A DNA stretch of 64,000 bases, from contig JBEVVH010000002.1 of the NCBI GenBank assembly GCA_040507245.1, forward strand, positions 10,297 to 74,296, given 5' to 3'. This DNA is from Candidatus Thiodiazotropha sp. Its GTDB lineage: Bacteria > Pseudomonadota > Gammaproteobacteria > Chromatiales > Chromatiaceae. The position numbers and the translations under genes are program-made. Shown piece by piece: positions 20,683 through 32,742 of this stretch. Within the stretch, counting starts at the first letter, position 1. Every line of letters begins with the position of its first letter. Below the pieces are notes generated by a model, which was not told the origin of the DNA, did no database searches, and saw only the letters and a program-made list of their open reading frames with translations.

Positions 20683-21639
20683 ATGATCGAATACGCCCAC
20701 CAGATCACCTGCATTGACACCCAGTACCAGCGCCCGGGGCTAGCCGCCTGCTATCTCGTACGTTCCGGTGATGAAGCGGCATTTATCGATACCGGCACCA
20801 GCCACAGTGTTCCACACCTGCTATCGGTCCTGGAATCCAAGGGCATAGACCGCACCCAGGTCCGTTACGTCATCCCGACGCACGTCCACCTGGACCACGC
20901 GGGCGGAGTGGGCAAACTGATGCAGGCGCTGCCCGAGGCCTCTCTGATCATACATCCTTACGGGGCGCGCCACATGATCGACCCGTCGAAGGTGACGGCC
21001 GGCGCCACCGCGGTCTATGGCGCCGAGGCCTTCGAGGAAAATTTTGGCGCACTGGTCCCGGTGGCGGAATCACGGGTCATCGAGGCACCGGACGGCCTGC
21101 GCATCAACCTGGGGGAGCGGGAGCTGCTCTGCCTGGATACACCGGGACACGCCCGGCACCACATCTGCATCTATGACGCACTCAGCGGTGGCATCTTCAG
21201 CGGTGACACCTTCGGCCTCTCCTACCGGGAATTCGACACCGACAAGGGTGCCTACCTGTTGCCCACAACCACCCCGATACAACTCGATCCCGAGGCCTGG
21301 TATGACACCCTGGACCGGCTTCTGACACTGCGTCCCGAACGCTTCTTCCTGACCCATTTCGGTGAGGTCACAGAGGTTGCACGACTGGCGGATCAACTGC
21401 GCAGTTCATTGCATGCATTCGTGGAGATGGCCCGTGAGACAGACGCTGCCCCGGGAGCGGAGAGAGTCGCTGCGATACACCAGAAACTGCTGGCTTGGGT
21501 CCAGCAAAGTTTGAGAGCTCACGGCTGCTCACTCAGCGATCAGATTATCGCTGAACTGCTGGAAATGGACCTTGATCTGGATGCCCAGGGTCTGGACGTA
21601 TGGTTGGCCAAGCAGGAGGAACCTTCCTCAGCGAGCTGA
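20683..21639 (+). CDS. MBL-fold metallo-hydrolase
   Basis: THVHLDHAGG (HxHxDH), TPGHARHH, FSGD and THFG motifs. Confidence 0.9.
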   Translation: MIEYAHQITCIDTQYQRPGLAACYLVRSGDEAAFIDTGTSHSVPHLLSVLESKGIDRTQVRYVIPTHVHLDHAGGVGKLMQALPEASLIIHPYGARHMIDPSKVTAGATAVYGAEAFEENFGALVPVAESRVIEAPDGLRINLGERELLCLDTPGHARHHICIYDALSGGIFSGDTFGLSYREFDTDKGAYLLPTTTPIQLDPEAWYDTLDRLLTLRPERFFLTHFGEVTEVARLADQLRSSLHAFVEMARETDAAPGAERVAAIHQKLLAWVQQSLRAHGCSLSDQIIAELLEMDLDLDAQGLDVWLAKQEEPSSAS

Positions 21640-21674
21640 AGCAGTAATCCTCGCCGAGAGAAGAGCTCAAACGG

Positions 21675-22094
21675 TCAGCAGGGACGAGAGCCGCTCTGAT
21701 CCCAGGCGTAGGTACAATCCAGACGACACAGCACATAGACCATGCCCTGTTCTCCTTCGCCAATCATCATGGACAGAGGGCTGGCCTGGTTGAACATGCG
21801 GCTGCGTCGCCGCAGCCAGCGTTTGCCCATGCCCGGATTGGTGGGATAGGTGGTGCGCAGGGCTTCATTGATCCGCACCAGGTATTCAATGCGCTTACGC
21901 ACCTCGGGACTGTCGGGCAACGCCTTGCTGTGGCGATACTGAGCCATGTGGCGCGCCTTGCCGGGTAAATCGAGCAGGGATCTCATCTCCTCGGATTGCA
22001 ATCCCCAACTCTCCAGCAGGCTCATCACACCACGGGTGATCGCCATGCGCTCGTCCATGTCTCCCATGCTTGGGTTCTGAGTCGTTTCAGTCAT
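21675..22094 (-). CDS. Xre/MbcA/ParS antitoxin-like (DUF2384-type) protein
   Basis: HTH-like N-terminal half (LLESWGL..MRSLLDL) and WLRRRSRMFNQASPLSMM C-terminal motif typical of MbcA/ParS domains; no RES toxin gene adjacent. Confidence 0.6.
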   Translation of the reverse strand: MTETTQNPSMGDMDERMAITRGVMSLLESWGLQSEEMRSLLDLPGKARHMAQYRHSKALPDSPEVRKRIEYLVRINEALRTTYPTNPGMGKRWLRRRSRMFNQASPLSMMIGEGEQGMVYVLCRLDCTYAWDQSGSRPC

Positions 22095-22193
22095 AGGCTT
22101 AAACCATCCACCTTATGCTTGTTTATTGTAAAAAACCGTACCTTGTTGGAGTTTAGCACGATTCACCCCGGCATAACCCAGTGGAACGCAAGG

Positions 22194-22625
22194 TTATCCC
22201 CAAAGCGCCTGCCACCAGCGCTTGCGGTTGTTGGGTGGTTTCAGAGCCGCCAGGTCCACCGGCTGGATTTTGCTCAGCACCCAGCCCGGCAGGGGCGGAT
22301 TGTCACTGTAGCCACAACTGACTCCCAGATTGTTCGGATCGTATATCTTGATGAATTCCGGGCGCTTCAGATCATCGGCATAGACGATCCCGCAGTATTT
22401 CTCATCATGTTCCCGGCGCAGTAACTCATCGATCCCGGATACGAACCGGGTCAGCCCTTCAGCATCCACCGGCTGTTCAGGCGGGGTCTCACCCACGGCG
22501 TAGATGTACCATCCGCCTGCGGCATCCTGATTCAACACCCGCCAGAGATCGTCCAGTTGATGCCAGCGTAGTGCCGAGGTGAAGCTGCCCTTGAAAGCCT
22601 GCAGGTAGTCATTCTGTGCATTCAT
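22194..22625 (-). CDS. Uncharacterised protein, probably conserved
   Basis: 143-aa ORF with protein-like composition and motif-like blocks (HDEKYCGIVYADD, FIKIYDPNNLGVSCG, PPLPGWVLS). Confidence 0.8.
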   Translation of the reverse strand: MNAQNDYLQAFKGSFTSALRWHQLDDLWRVLNQDAAGGWYIYAVGETPPEQPVDAEGLTRFVSGIDELLRREHDEKYCGIVYADDLKRPEFIKIYDPNNLGVSCGYSDNPPLPGWVLSKIQPVDLAALKPPNNRKRWWQALWG

Positions 22626-22907
22626 AGCCGGTTTCGTTCTCTCATGCGTTGGGTATCGTCCGGGTTGCTGCCGTCAGGTGGCCTGGATTTCTGAAATTTC
22701 CCGGTAATGTGAGACACTTGCAACATACACGGACGGATCCAGGATAGTCTGGGACTGATCTCCCGGAGATACCATGCGGGACCTCGATTATCCCCCGACA
22801 AACGGCTTGCACGGAGTATTGAAGCACAAGATTCTGTTCAAGCCGATCCTGGAGCGATCAGGGATTCCGTGACATATAATAACCACTTTTAACTGCGGTC
22901 GAATCAA

Positions 22908-23804
22908 ATGAAGCAAGACAGTCCTGCCCTTTTCCAGTCTGAACTTGACCTGAAACTCCTGAACCGGGGCAAGGTTCGTGACATCTACGAGGTGGATGAT
23001 CAGCACCTGTTGATCGTGACCAGTGACCGGCTGTCTGCATTCGACGTGGTCATGCCGCAGCCGATACCGGGCAAAGGCGAGGTACTCACCCGGGTGGCCA
23101 ATTTCTGGTTTAACCGGACCTCATCGATTATTCCCAATCACCTGTCGAACATCCCACTCGAACAGGTCGTGAAGGATCCTGCGCAACGGGCGCAACTGGG
23201 AGACCGTTGGCTGATCGTACGCAAACTCAAACCCCTGCCCGTGGAGGCCATCGTGCGTGGATACCTGATCGGCTCAGGCTGGAAAGACTATCAGAGCACG
23301 GGTCAGGTATGCGGCATTCCCCTGCCCAAGCACCTGCGACTGGCGGATAAGCTTCCCGAAGCGATCTTTACCCCATCCACCAAGGCCGAACTGGGCGATC
23401 ACGATGTGAATATCGATTTCGATCAAACTGTGGAGCTGCTGGGGCGCCCCCTCGCGGAGCAGGTACGCGACGTGAGTATCCGGCTGTACACCGAGTCCGC
23501 GGAATACGCACTGCAGAGGGGCATCATTATCGCCGACACCAAGTTCGAGTTCGGTCTCGACGATCAAGGCAAGCTGCACCTGATCGATGAAATCCTCACA
23601 CCGGACTCATCCCGCTTCTGGCCGGCAGACAGTTACCAGCCTGGCATCAGCCCTCTGAGTTTCGACAAGCAGTTTGTGCGTGACTATCTTGAGACCCTCG
23701 ACTGGGACAAGACGCCCCCCGGCCCGGAACTTCCTCCTGAAGTTATCCAGAAAACGGCCGACAAATACCGTGAGGCGGAAAGACGTCTGACCGGACAGGG
23801 CTGA
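22908..23804 (+). CDS. purC: SAICAR synthetase
   Basis: [26 protein letters not shown] and [12 protein letters not shown] motifs. Confidence 0.97.
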   Translation: MKQDSPALFQSELDLKLLNRGKVRDIYEVDDQHLLIVTSDRLSAFDVVMPQPIPGKGEVLTRVANFWFNRTSSIIPNHLSNIPLEQVVKDPAQRAQLGDRWLIVRKLKPLPVEAIVRGYLIGSGWKDYQSTGQVCGIPLPKHLRLADKLPEAIFTPSTKAELGDHDVNIDFDQTVELLGRPLAEQVRDVSIRLYTESAEYALQRGIIIADTKFEFGLDDQGKLHLIDEILTPDSSRFWPADSYQPGISPLSFDKQFVRDYLETLDWDKTPPGPELPPEVIQKTADKYREAERRLTGQG

Positions 23805-24065
23805 TCATCGTATCTCCCATCACTGCGGATATGCGTCATGAGACCCTGATCCCAACCATCTGGTTGGCTGATTTTTTTCAGTGGCGTCCTGATCCGCCGA
23901 TATGCGAGATCGAGAACTCGGTAACCTTTTCATGAATCTCATTCGTATTGAGGGAATGGGATTTCGGATAACATGACCAGGTTTTTACCGGTGAACCGAG
24001 CTTTGGTAGCCGATGCGTAACCCGCGCGGCTGATAGTGTGGGATGGTGTACAGTTTCAGCACGAC

Positions 24066-24329
24066 ATGACTCAACAGAATCCAAAAACAACCCGGGTGGT
24101 TATCTACACGACCCTGAAGTGCCCCCACTGTCTGCACCTGAAACGCTGGCTGAAAAAGAACAACGTGCCGTTTCTCGACTTCAATGTCGCCAATCCCGGT
24201 AAGATTCAGAAAAAATTCTTCGAGATTGGTGGGCGGACTGTTCCCCTGATCGTGGTCGGAGACCAGTCATTCGAAGGCTTCAACCCGAATCAGCTGAAAA
24301 ACGTCTTGGAACTGGAAGGCTTGATGTAG
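24066..24329 (+). CDS. Glutaredoxin/NrdH-like redoxin
   Basis: YTTLKCPHC (CxxC), TVP cis-Pro motif, GFNP. Confidence 0.85.
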   Translation: MTQQNPKTTRVVIYTTLKCPHCLHLKRWLKKNNVPFLDFNVANPGKIQKKFFEIGGRTVPLIVVGDQSFEGFNPNQLKNVLELEGLM

Positions 24330-24523
24330 CCCCGGTTTTCCCGCTCGCTCAAATCTCACACCATGCCTTGGTCCTGACGACAGGACTCTAAACATCTGTG
24401 TATCCCGCAAGCCTGTCACAACACAGGAGAATCTATGCGAGGGGGATATGGATATCAGGTAGTGGTTCGAGATGAGGGGTGAGAGCGCCCCCCGGGGACC
24501 CGGGGGGCTGGACTACAAAGCGA

Positions 24524-25588
24524 TCAGTTGACCTTCGGGTTCAACTCGCCGCTTTCGTAACGTTTCTGCATGTTCTCCAGGGAGATCGGGGTGATCTTGT
24601 CCGCCATGCCCGCAGAGCCGAAAGCCTCGTAACGAGCCTTACAGATCTCCGCCATAGCCTTGGTGGCTTCCTTGAGGAACTTGCGGGGATCGAAGTTGGA
24701 CTTGTTGTCATTGAGGTGCTTGCGGATGGAACCGGTGGATGCCATGCGCAGGTCGGTATCGATGTTGACCTTACGCACACCGTGCTTGATGCCCTCGACG
24801 ATCTCTTCCACCGGCACACCGTAGGTTTCACCCATATCACCACCGTACTGGTTGATGATCGCCAGCCAGTCCTGAGGAACCGAAGAGGAACCGTGCATGA
24901 CCAGGTGGGTGTTGGGAATACGTGCATGGATCTCTTTGACCCGCTCGATGGCCAGGATGTCACCGGTCGGCGGACGGGTGAACTTGTAGGCGCCATGGGA
25001 GGTACCGATAGCGATGGCCAGCGCGTCCACGCCGGTCTTCTTGACGAAGTCAGCGGCTTCATCGGGATCGGTCAGCAGCTGGCTGTGGTCGAGGGTGCCT
25101 TCGGCACCAACGCCATCCTCTTCACCGGCCTGACCGGTCTCCAGGGAACCCAGGCAGCCCAGTTCGCCTTCCACGGAGACACCGCCCGCGTGGGCCATCT
25201 CCACCACCTTGGCAGTGGTTTCGACGTTGTAATCATAGGAGGACGGGGTCTTGCCGTCGGTCATCAGGGAGCCGTCCATCATGACCGAGGAGAAACCGGA
25301 CTGGATGGAACGCAGACATACCCCCGGGGAGGTGCCGTGATCCTGATGCATACAGACCGGAATGTGCGGATACATTTCGGTGGCCGCGATGATCAGATGA
25401 CGCAGGAAGGGTTCACCTGCATAGGAGCGCGCACCCGCGGAACCCTGCAGAATGACCGGACTGTTGACGGCATCCGCTGCCTGCATGATGGCATGCACCT
25501 GCTCCATGTTGTTGACATTGAACGCCGGCAGACCGTAGCCGTGTTCAGCGGCATGATCGAGAAGTTGGCGCAGGGAAATCAGAGCCAT
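24524..25588 (-). CDS. fba: Fructose-bisphosphate aldolase class II (Calvin-cycle-type subfamily)
   Basis: [41 protein letters not shown] and MHGSSSVP motifs. Confidence 0.96.
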   Translation of the reverse strand: MALISLRQLLDHAAEHGYGLPAFNVNNMEQVHAIMQAADAVNSPVILQGSAGARSYAGEPFLRHLIIAATEMYPHIPVCMHQDHGTSPGVCLRSIQSGFSSVMMDGSLMTDGKTPSSYDYNVETTAKVVEMAHAGGVSVEGELGCLGSLETGQAGEEDGVGAEGTLDHSQLLTDPDEAADFVKKTGVDALAIAIGTSHGAYKFTRPPTGDILAIERVKEIHARIPNTHLVMHGSSSVPQDWLAIINQYGGDMGETYGVPVEEIVEGIKHGVRKVNIDTDLRMASTGSIRKHLNDNKSNFDPRKFLKEATKAMAEICKARYEAFGSAGMADKITPISLENMQKRYESGELNPKVN

Positions 25589-25681
25589 GATAGCCTCCTT
25601 GGATTAAGGTTTACTTGTTTCTACTGTCAGATGTCGCATTGAACTCCGCACCCGTAATGCGGGTCGTTCAGCGCCACACCA

Positions 25682-27133
25682 CTAATCGTATTTGCCGGCG
25701 AGCACATGCTCACCAACGCGCATGATCTTCATAATGTTGGTTTGACCCTCCACACCGGAGCGGTCACCCTTGGTGATGATCACAAGATCGTTCTCTCTCA
25801 CCTCGCCCCGGCGCAGCAGTTCGTCGATGACCTCTTCGTTGACCTGATCCACATCGGTACTGGCCACATCGAAGCTTACCGGATAGACGCCCCGGTAAAG
25901 TGTCACCTTACGACGGGTGCGCACGTGTCGGGTCAAGGCATAGATTGGAATCCCGGAACTGATTCGGGACATCCATTTCACAGTGGAGCCGGACTCGGTG
26001 AGTGCCGCAATTGCCTTGACTCCGAGATGATTGGCGGTATACATCGCCGCCATGGCGACCGCCTCGTCCACCCGGCCGAATACACTGTCAAGCCGGTGAT
26101 GGGAACGTCGTGCGGTCTGGTGTTTTTCCGCCTCGACACAAACCCGATCCATGGCCATGACCACCTTGTGGGGATACTTGCCGACTGAGGTCTCAGCGGA
26201 GAGCATCACCGCATCGGTGCCATCCAGCACGGCATTGGCCACATCGAACACCTCGGCCCGGGTCGGGATCGGGCTTTCGATCATCGACTGCATCATCTGG
26301 GTCGCGGTGATCACCACAGAGTTCAACTCACGGGCGGTTTTGATGATCTCTTTCTGTACCGCCGGTAATTCCGCGTCGCCGATTTCCACACCCAGGTCAC
26401 CCCGGGCGACCATTATGGCATCCGAAGCCTGGATAATGTCCGCAAGACAATCAAGGGCTTCGGCCCGCTCGATCTTGGCGATCAGGCCACCGCTGCCTCC
26501 CGCCTCTTCCAGCAGGCGGCGCGCCTCATGAATATCCTCTCCGTTACGCACGAATGAGACCGCCAGATAGTCCGCATCGATCTCAGCCGCGAAGCGGATA
26601 TCATCACGATCCTTGTCGGTCAGAGCCGGTGCAGACAGACCACCGCCCTGTTTGTTGATGCCCTTGTTGTTGGACAGCTTACCGCCCACCACGACCTTGC
26701 AGCGAACCTCGGAACCCTCCACCTCCGATACCCAGAGTTCGACGGCACCGTCATCCAGCAACAGGGTGTCACCCCGGGTCACATCGTTGATCAGTTCCGG
26801 ATAGGTCAGCCCGACACGCTCCTGATCACCCGCTTCCAGGGGACATTCGGCGTCGAGGATGAACTGACTGTTCTCCTCCAGTTCCACGAACTTCGATTTG
26901 AAGCGACCGATGCGGATCTTGGGGCCCTGCAGGTCGCAAAGAACACCGATCTGCCGGCCGCAGGCTCGGGCCCGGTTTCGAATTCGCTCTGCGCGATTCC
27001 GGTGGGATTCATGAGCGTCATGGGAGAGGTTGAGGCGGACGATGTCCACTCCGGCGTGAATGAGTTTGTCCAGGACCTTTGGATCATCCGTTGCCGGTCC
27101 CAGGGTTGCAACTATTTTGGTTCGTCTTGGCAT
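25682..27133 (-). CDS. pyk: Pyruvate kinase
   Basis: RRTKIVATLGP, DLQGPKIR, MVARGDLGVE and DAVMLSAET motifs; the ORF-track upstream extension is spurious. Confidence 0.97.
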   Translation of the reverse strand: MPRRTKIVATLGPATDDPKVLDKLIHAGVDIVRLNLSHDAHESHRNRAERIRNRARACGRQIGVLCDLQGPKIRIGRFKSKFVELEENSQFILDAECPLEAGDQERVGLTYPELINDVTRGDTLLLDDGAVELWVSEVEGSEVRCKVVVGGKLSNNKGINKQGGGLSAPALTDKDRDDIRFAAEIDADYLAVSFVRNGEDIHEARRLLEEAGGSGGLIAKIERAEALDCLADIIQASDAIMVARGDLGVEIGDAELPAVQKEIIKTARELNSVVITATQMMQSMIESPIPTRAEVFDVANAVLDGTDAVMLSAETSVGKYPHKVVMAMDRVCVEAEKHQTARRSHHRLDSVFGRVDEAVAMAAMYTANHLGVKAIAALTESGSTVKWMSRISSGIPIYALTRHVRTRRKVTLYRGVYPVSFDVASTDVDQVNEEVIDELLRRGEVRENDLVIITKGDRSGVEGQTNIMKIMRVGEHVLAGKYD

Positions 27134-27212
27134 ACCATTCCAGCTACATGCTTGCTGCATGATTGATTCGGCCGGACCCCTGTCCGGCCATTCATCTGCG
27201 ACGTTCTGACTG

Positions 27213-28394
27213 TTACTTTTTCGCACAGGCTTCCAGCATGGCCACCGCCGGGAGGGTCTTGCCTTCCAGATACTCCAGGAACGCACCGCCTGCAGTGGAG
27301 ATGTAGGAAACCTTGTCGTAGATATCGTATTTCTGAATCGCGGCGATGGTGTCACCACCACCCGCCAGAGAGAAACCCGGGGAGTTGGCGATCGCCATGG
27401 AGACGGTTTTGGTGCCTTCGCCAAACTGATCGAACTCGAACACGCCTACCGGGCCGTTCCACACGATGGTGCCGGCATTGGCGATGATATCGGCCAGTTC
27501 CTTGGCACTGTCGGGACCGATATCGAAGATCATTTCGTCATCGGCCACATCGTCGGCGCTCTTCAGCACCGCGGGCTCATTCTCGTCAAACTGTTTACCA
27601 ACCACCACGTCGGTGGCGATCGGTATGATCGCACCACGCTCTTTCATCTTTTCGAGCAGCGCCTGGGCGGTGGGCACCAGATCATCCTCGCACAGGGATT
27701 TGCCCACATTCTTGCCGACCGCCTTGAGGAAGGTGTTGGCGATACCGCCACCGACCACCAGCTGGTCAACCTTTTCGGAAAGCGCTTCCAGTACGGTCAG
27801 TTTGGTGGAAACCTTGGAACCACCGACGATGGCCACCATCGGGCGTGCCGGGTTGGCCAGGGCGCGGGCAAGGTTGTCCAGCTCATCGGCAAGCAGCAGA
27901 CCGGCGCAGGCGACCGGGGCAAACTTGCCGGCACCGTGGGTGGAGGCCTGGGCACGGTGAGCGGTACCGAATGCATCCATCACGAACACATCGCAGAGTG
28001 CCGCATACTTCTTCGCCAATTCTTCGTTGTCTTTCTTCTCACCGGCATTGAAGCGCACGTTTTCGAGCAGCACCACTTCACCGTCAGCCACTTCGAAGCC
28101 GCCGTCCAGGTAGTCCTTGATCAGGCGTACGGTCTTGCCCATTTTCGCGGACATGTCATCCGCGATCGGCGCCATGGAGTTCTCTTCCGAATAGACACCC
28201 TCTTCCGGACGTCCCCGATGTGACATCACCATGACCTTGGCACCGGATTTCGCACAATGCTCGATGGTCGGCATGGAAGCGGTGATGCGGGCATCCGAGG
28301 TCACCTTGCCGTCTTTGACAGGTACATTCAGATCCGCGCGGATCAATACGCGCTTACCGGCAAGATCAAGATCAGTCAGCTTGATGAAGGACAT
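27213..28394 (-). CDS. pgk: Phosphoglycerate kinase
   Basis: [30 protein letters not shown] and STAGGAFLE motifs. Confidence 0.98.
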   Translation of the reverse strand: MSFIKLTDLDLAGKRVLIRADLNVPVKDGKVTSDARITASMPTIEHCAKSGAKVMVMSHRGRPEEGVYSEENSMAPIADDMSAKMGKTVRLIKDYLDGGFEVADGEVVLLENVRFNAGEKKDNEELAKKYAALCDVFVMDAFGTAHRAQASTHGAGKFAPVACAGLLLADELDNLARALANPARPMVAIVGGSKVSTKLTVLEALSEKVDQLVVGGGIANTFLKAVGKNVGKSLCEDDLVPTAQALLEKMKERGAIIPIATDVVVGKQFDENEPAVLKSADDVADDEMIFDIGPDSAKELADIIANAGTIVWNGPVGVFEFDQFGEGTKTVSMAIANSPGFSLAGGGDTIAAIQKYDIYDKVSYISTAGGAFLEYLEGKTLPAVAMLEACAKK

Positions 28395-28414
28395 AACAGA
28401 CTCCTGCGTCGATT

Positions 28415-28502
28415 CTAATTTCGAACTGTGAATTTTGAATTATGAGTTCTGGTCTTTGTGATGACAGGTCGATTCATCCACAACCCATAATTCAAGACTC
28501 AT
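28415..28502. repeat. Heptamer-armed intergenic element, copy 1
   Basis: ctaattt-cgaactg-tgaattt-tgaatta-tgagttc, then inverted units taattca-agactca. Confidence 0.7.
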
Positions 28503-28511
28503 CCGGACAGC

Positions 28512-28543
28512 GCCGCGAAACGGGCATATGCCCGTTTCGCGGC
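28512..28543. terminator. Perfect 32-bp palindrome after the gap stop (terminator or mRNA-stabilising hairpin)
   Basis: gccgcgaaacgggcat followed by atgcccgtttcgcggc. Confidence 0.6.
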
Positions 28544-28550
28544 TGACTGA

Positions 28551-29564
<1,014 letters not shown>

Positions 29565-29596
29565 TTAAACGTATATAGAGTTGTATTCGTCATGGG

Positions 29597-29619
29597 GCGG
29601 GGTGCAATCAGCACCCCGC
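29597..29619. terminator. GC-rich hairpin between tkt and gap
   Basis: gcggggtgc-aatca-gcaccccgc; no clear U-tract. Confidence 0.4.
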
Positions 29620-29627
29620 GGGTAGTC

Positions 29628-31616
29628 TCAGGCACTCACTTCGTTGATCGCAGCGAGGACATTCTCCGCAGTGAAGCCGAACTCCTTGAACAGTTGACCG
29701 GCAGGCGCCGACTCGCCGAAACGGTTGATACCCACAACCTTGCCGTTGAGCCCGACGTACTTGTACCAGCCATCGGTGACTGCAGCTTCCACCGCCACGC
29801 GGGCGGTCACAGAGGAAGGCAGCACGGCTTCGCGGTAGGCGGCATCCTGCTCGTCGAAACGCTTGCTGTTGGGCATGGAAACCACGCGCACCTTCTTGCC
29901 GGAATCGGCTGCGGCCTTGACTGCAATTTCGACCTCGGAACCGGTCGCGATCACGATCGCGTCCGGAGTGCCGTCACAATCGACCAGCACGTAACCACCC
30001 TTGGCGATATCGGCAATCTGCGCATCGCTACGGGCCTGGTGGGCCAGGTTCTGGCGGGAGAAGATCAGGCAGGTGGGCCCTTCCTTCTTGTCGACCGCAG
30101 CTTTCCAGGACACGGCGGTTTCAACCGAGTCACAGGGACGCCAGACGTCCATGTTGGGAATCATGCGCAGGGTCGGGATCTGCTCGATCGGCTGATGGGT
30201 CGGTCCGTCCTCGCCCAGACCGATGGAGTCATGGGTGTAGACAAAGATCGAACGCAGCTTCATCAGGGCGGCCATGCGCAGGGCGTTGCGGGCATATTCC
30301 GAGAACATCAGGAAGGTGCCGCCGTAAGGAATGAAGCCCCCGTGCAGCGCCACGCCGTTCATGATCGCGGACATGCCGAATTCACGCACACCGTAGGAGA
30401 TGTAGTTGCCGCCGGTCTCACCTTCAGTGATCGATTTCGATCCGGACCAGGCAGTGAGATTGGACGGGGTCAGATCCGCCGAACCACCCAGGAAATCGGG
30501 CAGCAGGGGTCCAAAACCGTTCAGGGTGTTCTGCGAAGCCTTGCGGGTAGCGGGGGATTCCGCCTTGGCATTGACCTCAGAGATGAACTGGGCGGCACCG
30601 GTCTCCCAATCGGCGGGCAGATCACCGGCCATGCGGCGTTTGAATTCCGCAGCCAGTTCCGGGTGAGCCGCTTCATAGGCGCTGAACTTCTCATTCCAGG
30701 CGGACTCGGCGGCAGCTCCGGAATCCTTGGCATCCCAACCCTGGTAGATGGTTTCAGGAATCACGAAAGGCTCATAGGTCCAACCCAGCTGCTCGCGGGT
30801 CGCAGCAATCTCATCGGCACCCAGCGGAGCACCGTGACAGTCGTGACTGCCGGCCAGATTGGGCGAACCAAAACCGATGGTGGTCTTGCAGCAGATCAGG
30901 CTGGGCTTGCTGCCTTCAGCCTGGGCGGCCTTGATGGCCTGGTCGATGGCGTCCGCATCGTGGCCGTCCACGTTGCGTACCACATGCCAGCCGTAGGCCT
31001 CGAAGCGGGCCGGAGTGTCGTCGGTGAACCAGTGTTCGGTTTCGCCGTCGATACTGATGCCGTTGTCATCCCAGAAGGCGATCAACTTGCCCAGACCGAG
31101 GGTGCCCGCCAGGGAACAGGACTCGTGGGAGATACCTTCCATCATGCAGCCGTCACCGAGGAACACATAGGTGTTGTGATCCACGATCTCGTGACCAGGA
31201 CGGTTGAACTGGGCGGCCAGGGTCTTTTCGGCGAGGGCCATGCCCACTGCGTTGGTGATGCCCTGTCCCAGGGGACCGGTGGTGGTCTCGACGCCGGGTG
31301 CGTAGCCGTACTCCGGATGCCCCGGAGTCTTGGAATGCAGCTGACGGAAGTTTTTCAGATCTTCCATGCTCAGGTCATATCCGGTGAGATGCAGCAGGGA
31401 ATAGATCAGCATCGAACCGTGGCCATTGGAAAGAACAAAGCGGTCGCGATCAGCCCATTCCGGATTCACCGGATTGTGTTTCATGTGGCTGTTCCAAAGC
31501 ACCTCTGCGATATCGGCCATACCCATGGGCGCGCCCGGGTGACCTGAATTGGCTTTTTGCACCGCATCCATACTCAGGGCACGAATGGCATTGGCGAGTT
31601 CTCTGCGTGAGGACAT
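29628..31616 (-). CDS. tkt: Transketolase
   Basis: [24 protein letters not shown] and [16 protein letters not shown] motifs. Confidence 0.98.
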   Translation of the reverse strand: MSSRRELANAIRALSMDAVQKANSGHPGAPMGMADIAEVLWNSHMKHNPVNPEWADRDRFVLSNGHGSMLIYSLLHLTGYDLSMEDLKNFRQLHSKTPGHPEYGYAPGVETTTGPLGQGITNAVGMALAEKTLAAQFNRPGHEIVDHNTYVFLGDGCMMEGISHESCSLAGTLGLGKLIAFWDDNGISIDGETEHWFTDDTPARFEAYGWHVVRNVDGHDADAIDQAIKAAQAEGSKPSLICCKTTIGFGSPNLAGSHDCHGAPLGADEIAATREQLGWTYEPFVIPETIYQGWDAKDSGAAAESAWNEKFSAYEAAHPELAAEFKRRMAGDLPADWETGAAQFISEVNAKAESPATRKASQNTLNGFGPLLPDFLGGSADLTPSNLTAWSGSKSITEGETGGNYISYGVREFGMSAIMNGVALHGGFIPYGGTFLMFSEYARNALRMAALMKLRSIFVYTHDSIGLGEDGPTHQPIEQIPTLRMIPNMDVWRPCDSVETAVSWKAAVDKKEGPTCLIFSRQNLAHQARSDAQIADIAKGGYVLVDCDGTPDAIVIATGSEVEIAVKAAADSGKKVRVVSMPNSKRFDEQDAAYREAVLPSSVTARVAVEAAVTDGWYKYVGLNGKVVGINRFGESAPAGQLFKEFGFTAENVLAAINEVSA

Positions 31617-31907
31617 TGACCCCTCCTAGATTATTTGAAGCTTGGTTATCTATTTAAAAACTGTGGGATGATGTTTCGAGCGGTATCCCGCCCGATCAAG
31701 TTGCAGCAATCACCCCTTGCTGCGTGCGTCCGTAATGCCCCTTGTGCCGTTCTGCGTCATGGTCTGTTGCGGACGAATGTGTAAGGCCCCCATGGGCAAA
31801 GGTCCGCCATTCTGACCCAAGCGACAAGCCCAGGGCAAGGCAGTGTACTTTACAGGCCGATAAGCTGGCTTGATGGGACATCCGAAAAGCCACTTATTAC
31901 AAAAATA

Positions 31908-32474
31908 TCAATCAGTTGAATCACTCCGCCACTTAATGGAGCAGCCCATGCTGGGGATCTGATCCCGTGGTCCCCGGGCGGTTTCCGCGATCTGTTTCAT
32001 GGCCTCGAACAGATCACGACGCACCTTGGGATCCGCCGCCTCTTTGCGACTCTCATCCAAACGCCCCCGGTACTGGAGCTCCAAATCTGCGTTGTAGCCG
32101 AAAAAATCGGGCGTGCAGACGGCACCATAGGCTTTCGCAACTTCCTGACTTTCATCAAAAAGATAAGGGAAGGGAAAGTGCATTTCCTGCGCAATGCGAC
32201 GCATGTTGTCGAATGAATCCTCGGCATACTCCGCCGGGTCGTTGGACATGATCGCGACTGAATTGACACCCAGGTCCCGCAGCTCTCTTGTATCCCGGAC
32301 AATGCGATCGATCACGGCCTTGACGTAGGGACAGTGATTGCAGATGAACATGACCAGCAATCCCTTTTCACCGGCGCATTCCCGCAGTGACCAGGTCCTG
32401 CCATCCACACCGGGGAGTTCGAAGTCCGGTGCAGCGACACCAAAATCGCAAATGGGGGTCTGCAGTGAAACCAT
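31908..32474 (-). CDS. Thioredoxin-family (AhpC/TSA-like) protein
   Basis: MFICNHCPYV, AVCTPDFF, YRGRLD and SMGCSIKW motifs. Confidence 0.92.
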   Translation of the reverse strand: MVSLQTPICDFGVAAPDFELPGVDGRTWSLRECAGEKGLLVMFICNHCPYVKAVIDRIVRDTRELRDLGVNSVAIMSNDPAEYAEDSFDNMRRIAQEMHFPFPYLFDESQEVAKAYGAVCTPDFFGYNADLELQYRGRLDESRKEAADPKVRRDLFEAMKQIAETARGPRDQIPSMGCSIKWRSDSTD

Positions 32475-32742
32475 TATTGTACCATTCAATACATTGAATT
32501 GAGTCGGGGTGGGGCATTATGCAAAAAGCCGGCTTATGTGTAAAATCCGTTTTTTGTCCGGATTCGGACATCCCCCCACGATTCCAAACCGGTTCCGGGC
32601 TCGGAGTTCCGCCACCGGGGCCCCCAATGGCGTCATGCGCAGTCCTCAGCGAGGCTCACCAGGACCAGGGACAGCAGGGGGTGGCAGGGCGAACCCGGTC
32701 CACCAGCAGGACATCGTACTAATAGATCAGTTGCAACGAACC

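Noticed and set aside
25682-27424. N-terminal extensions in the ORF track for pyk, metK, murD, bamB, folK, folB, plsY, ftsA and murF
   Set aside because: The extensions overlap neighbouring genes or intergenic DNA. Family N-termini and RBS or overlap patterns point to later starts.
32655-32690. CCAGGACCAGGGACAGCAG resembling SRP RNA domain IV
   Set aside because: It lacks the GNRA-capped symmetric loop and the long closing helix of 4.5S RNA.
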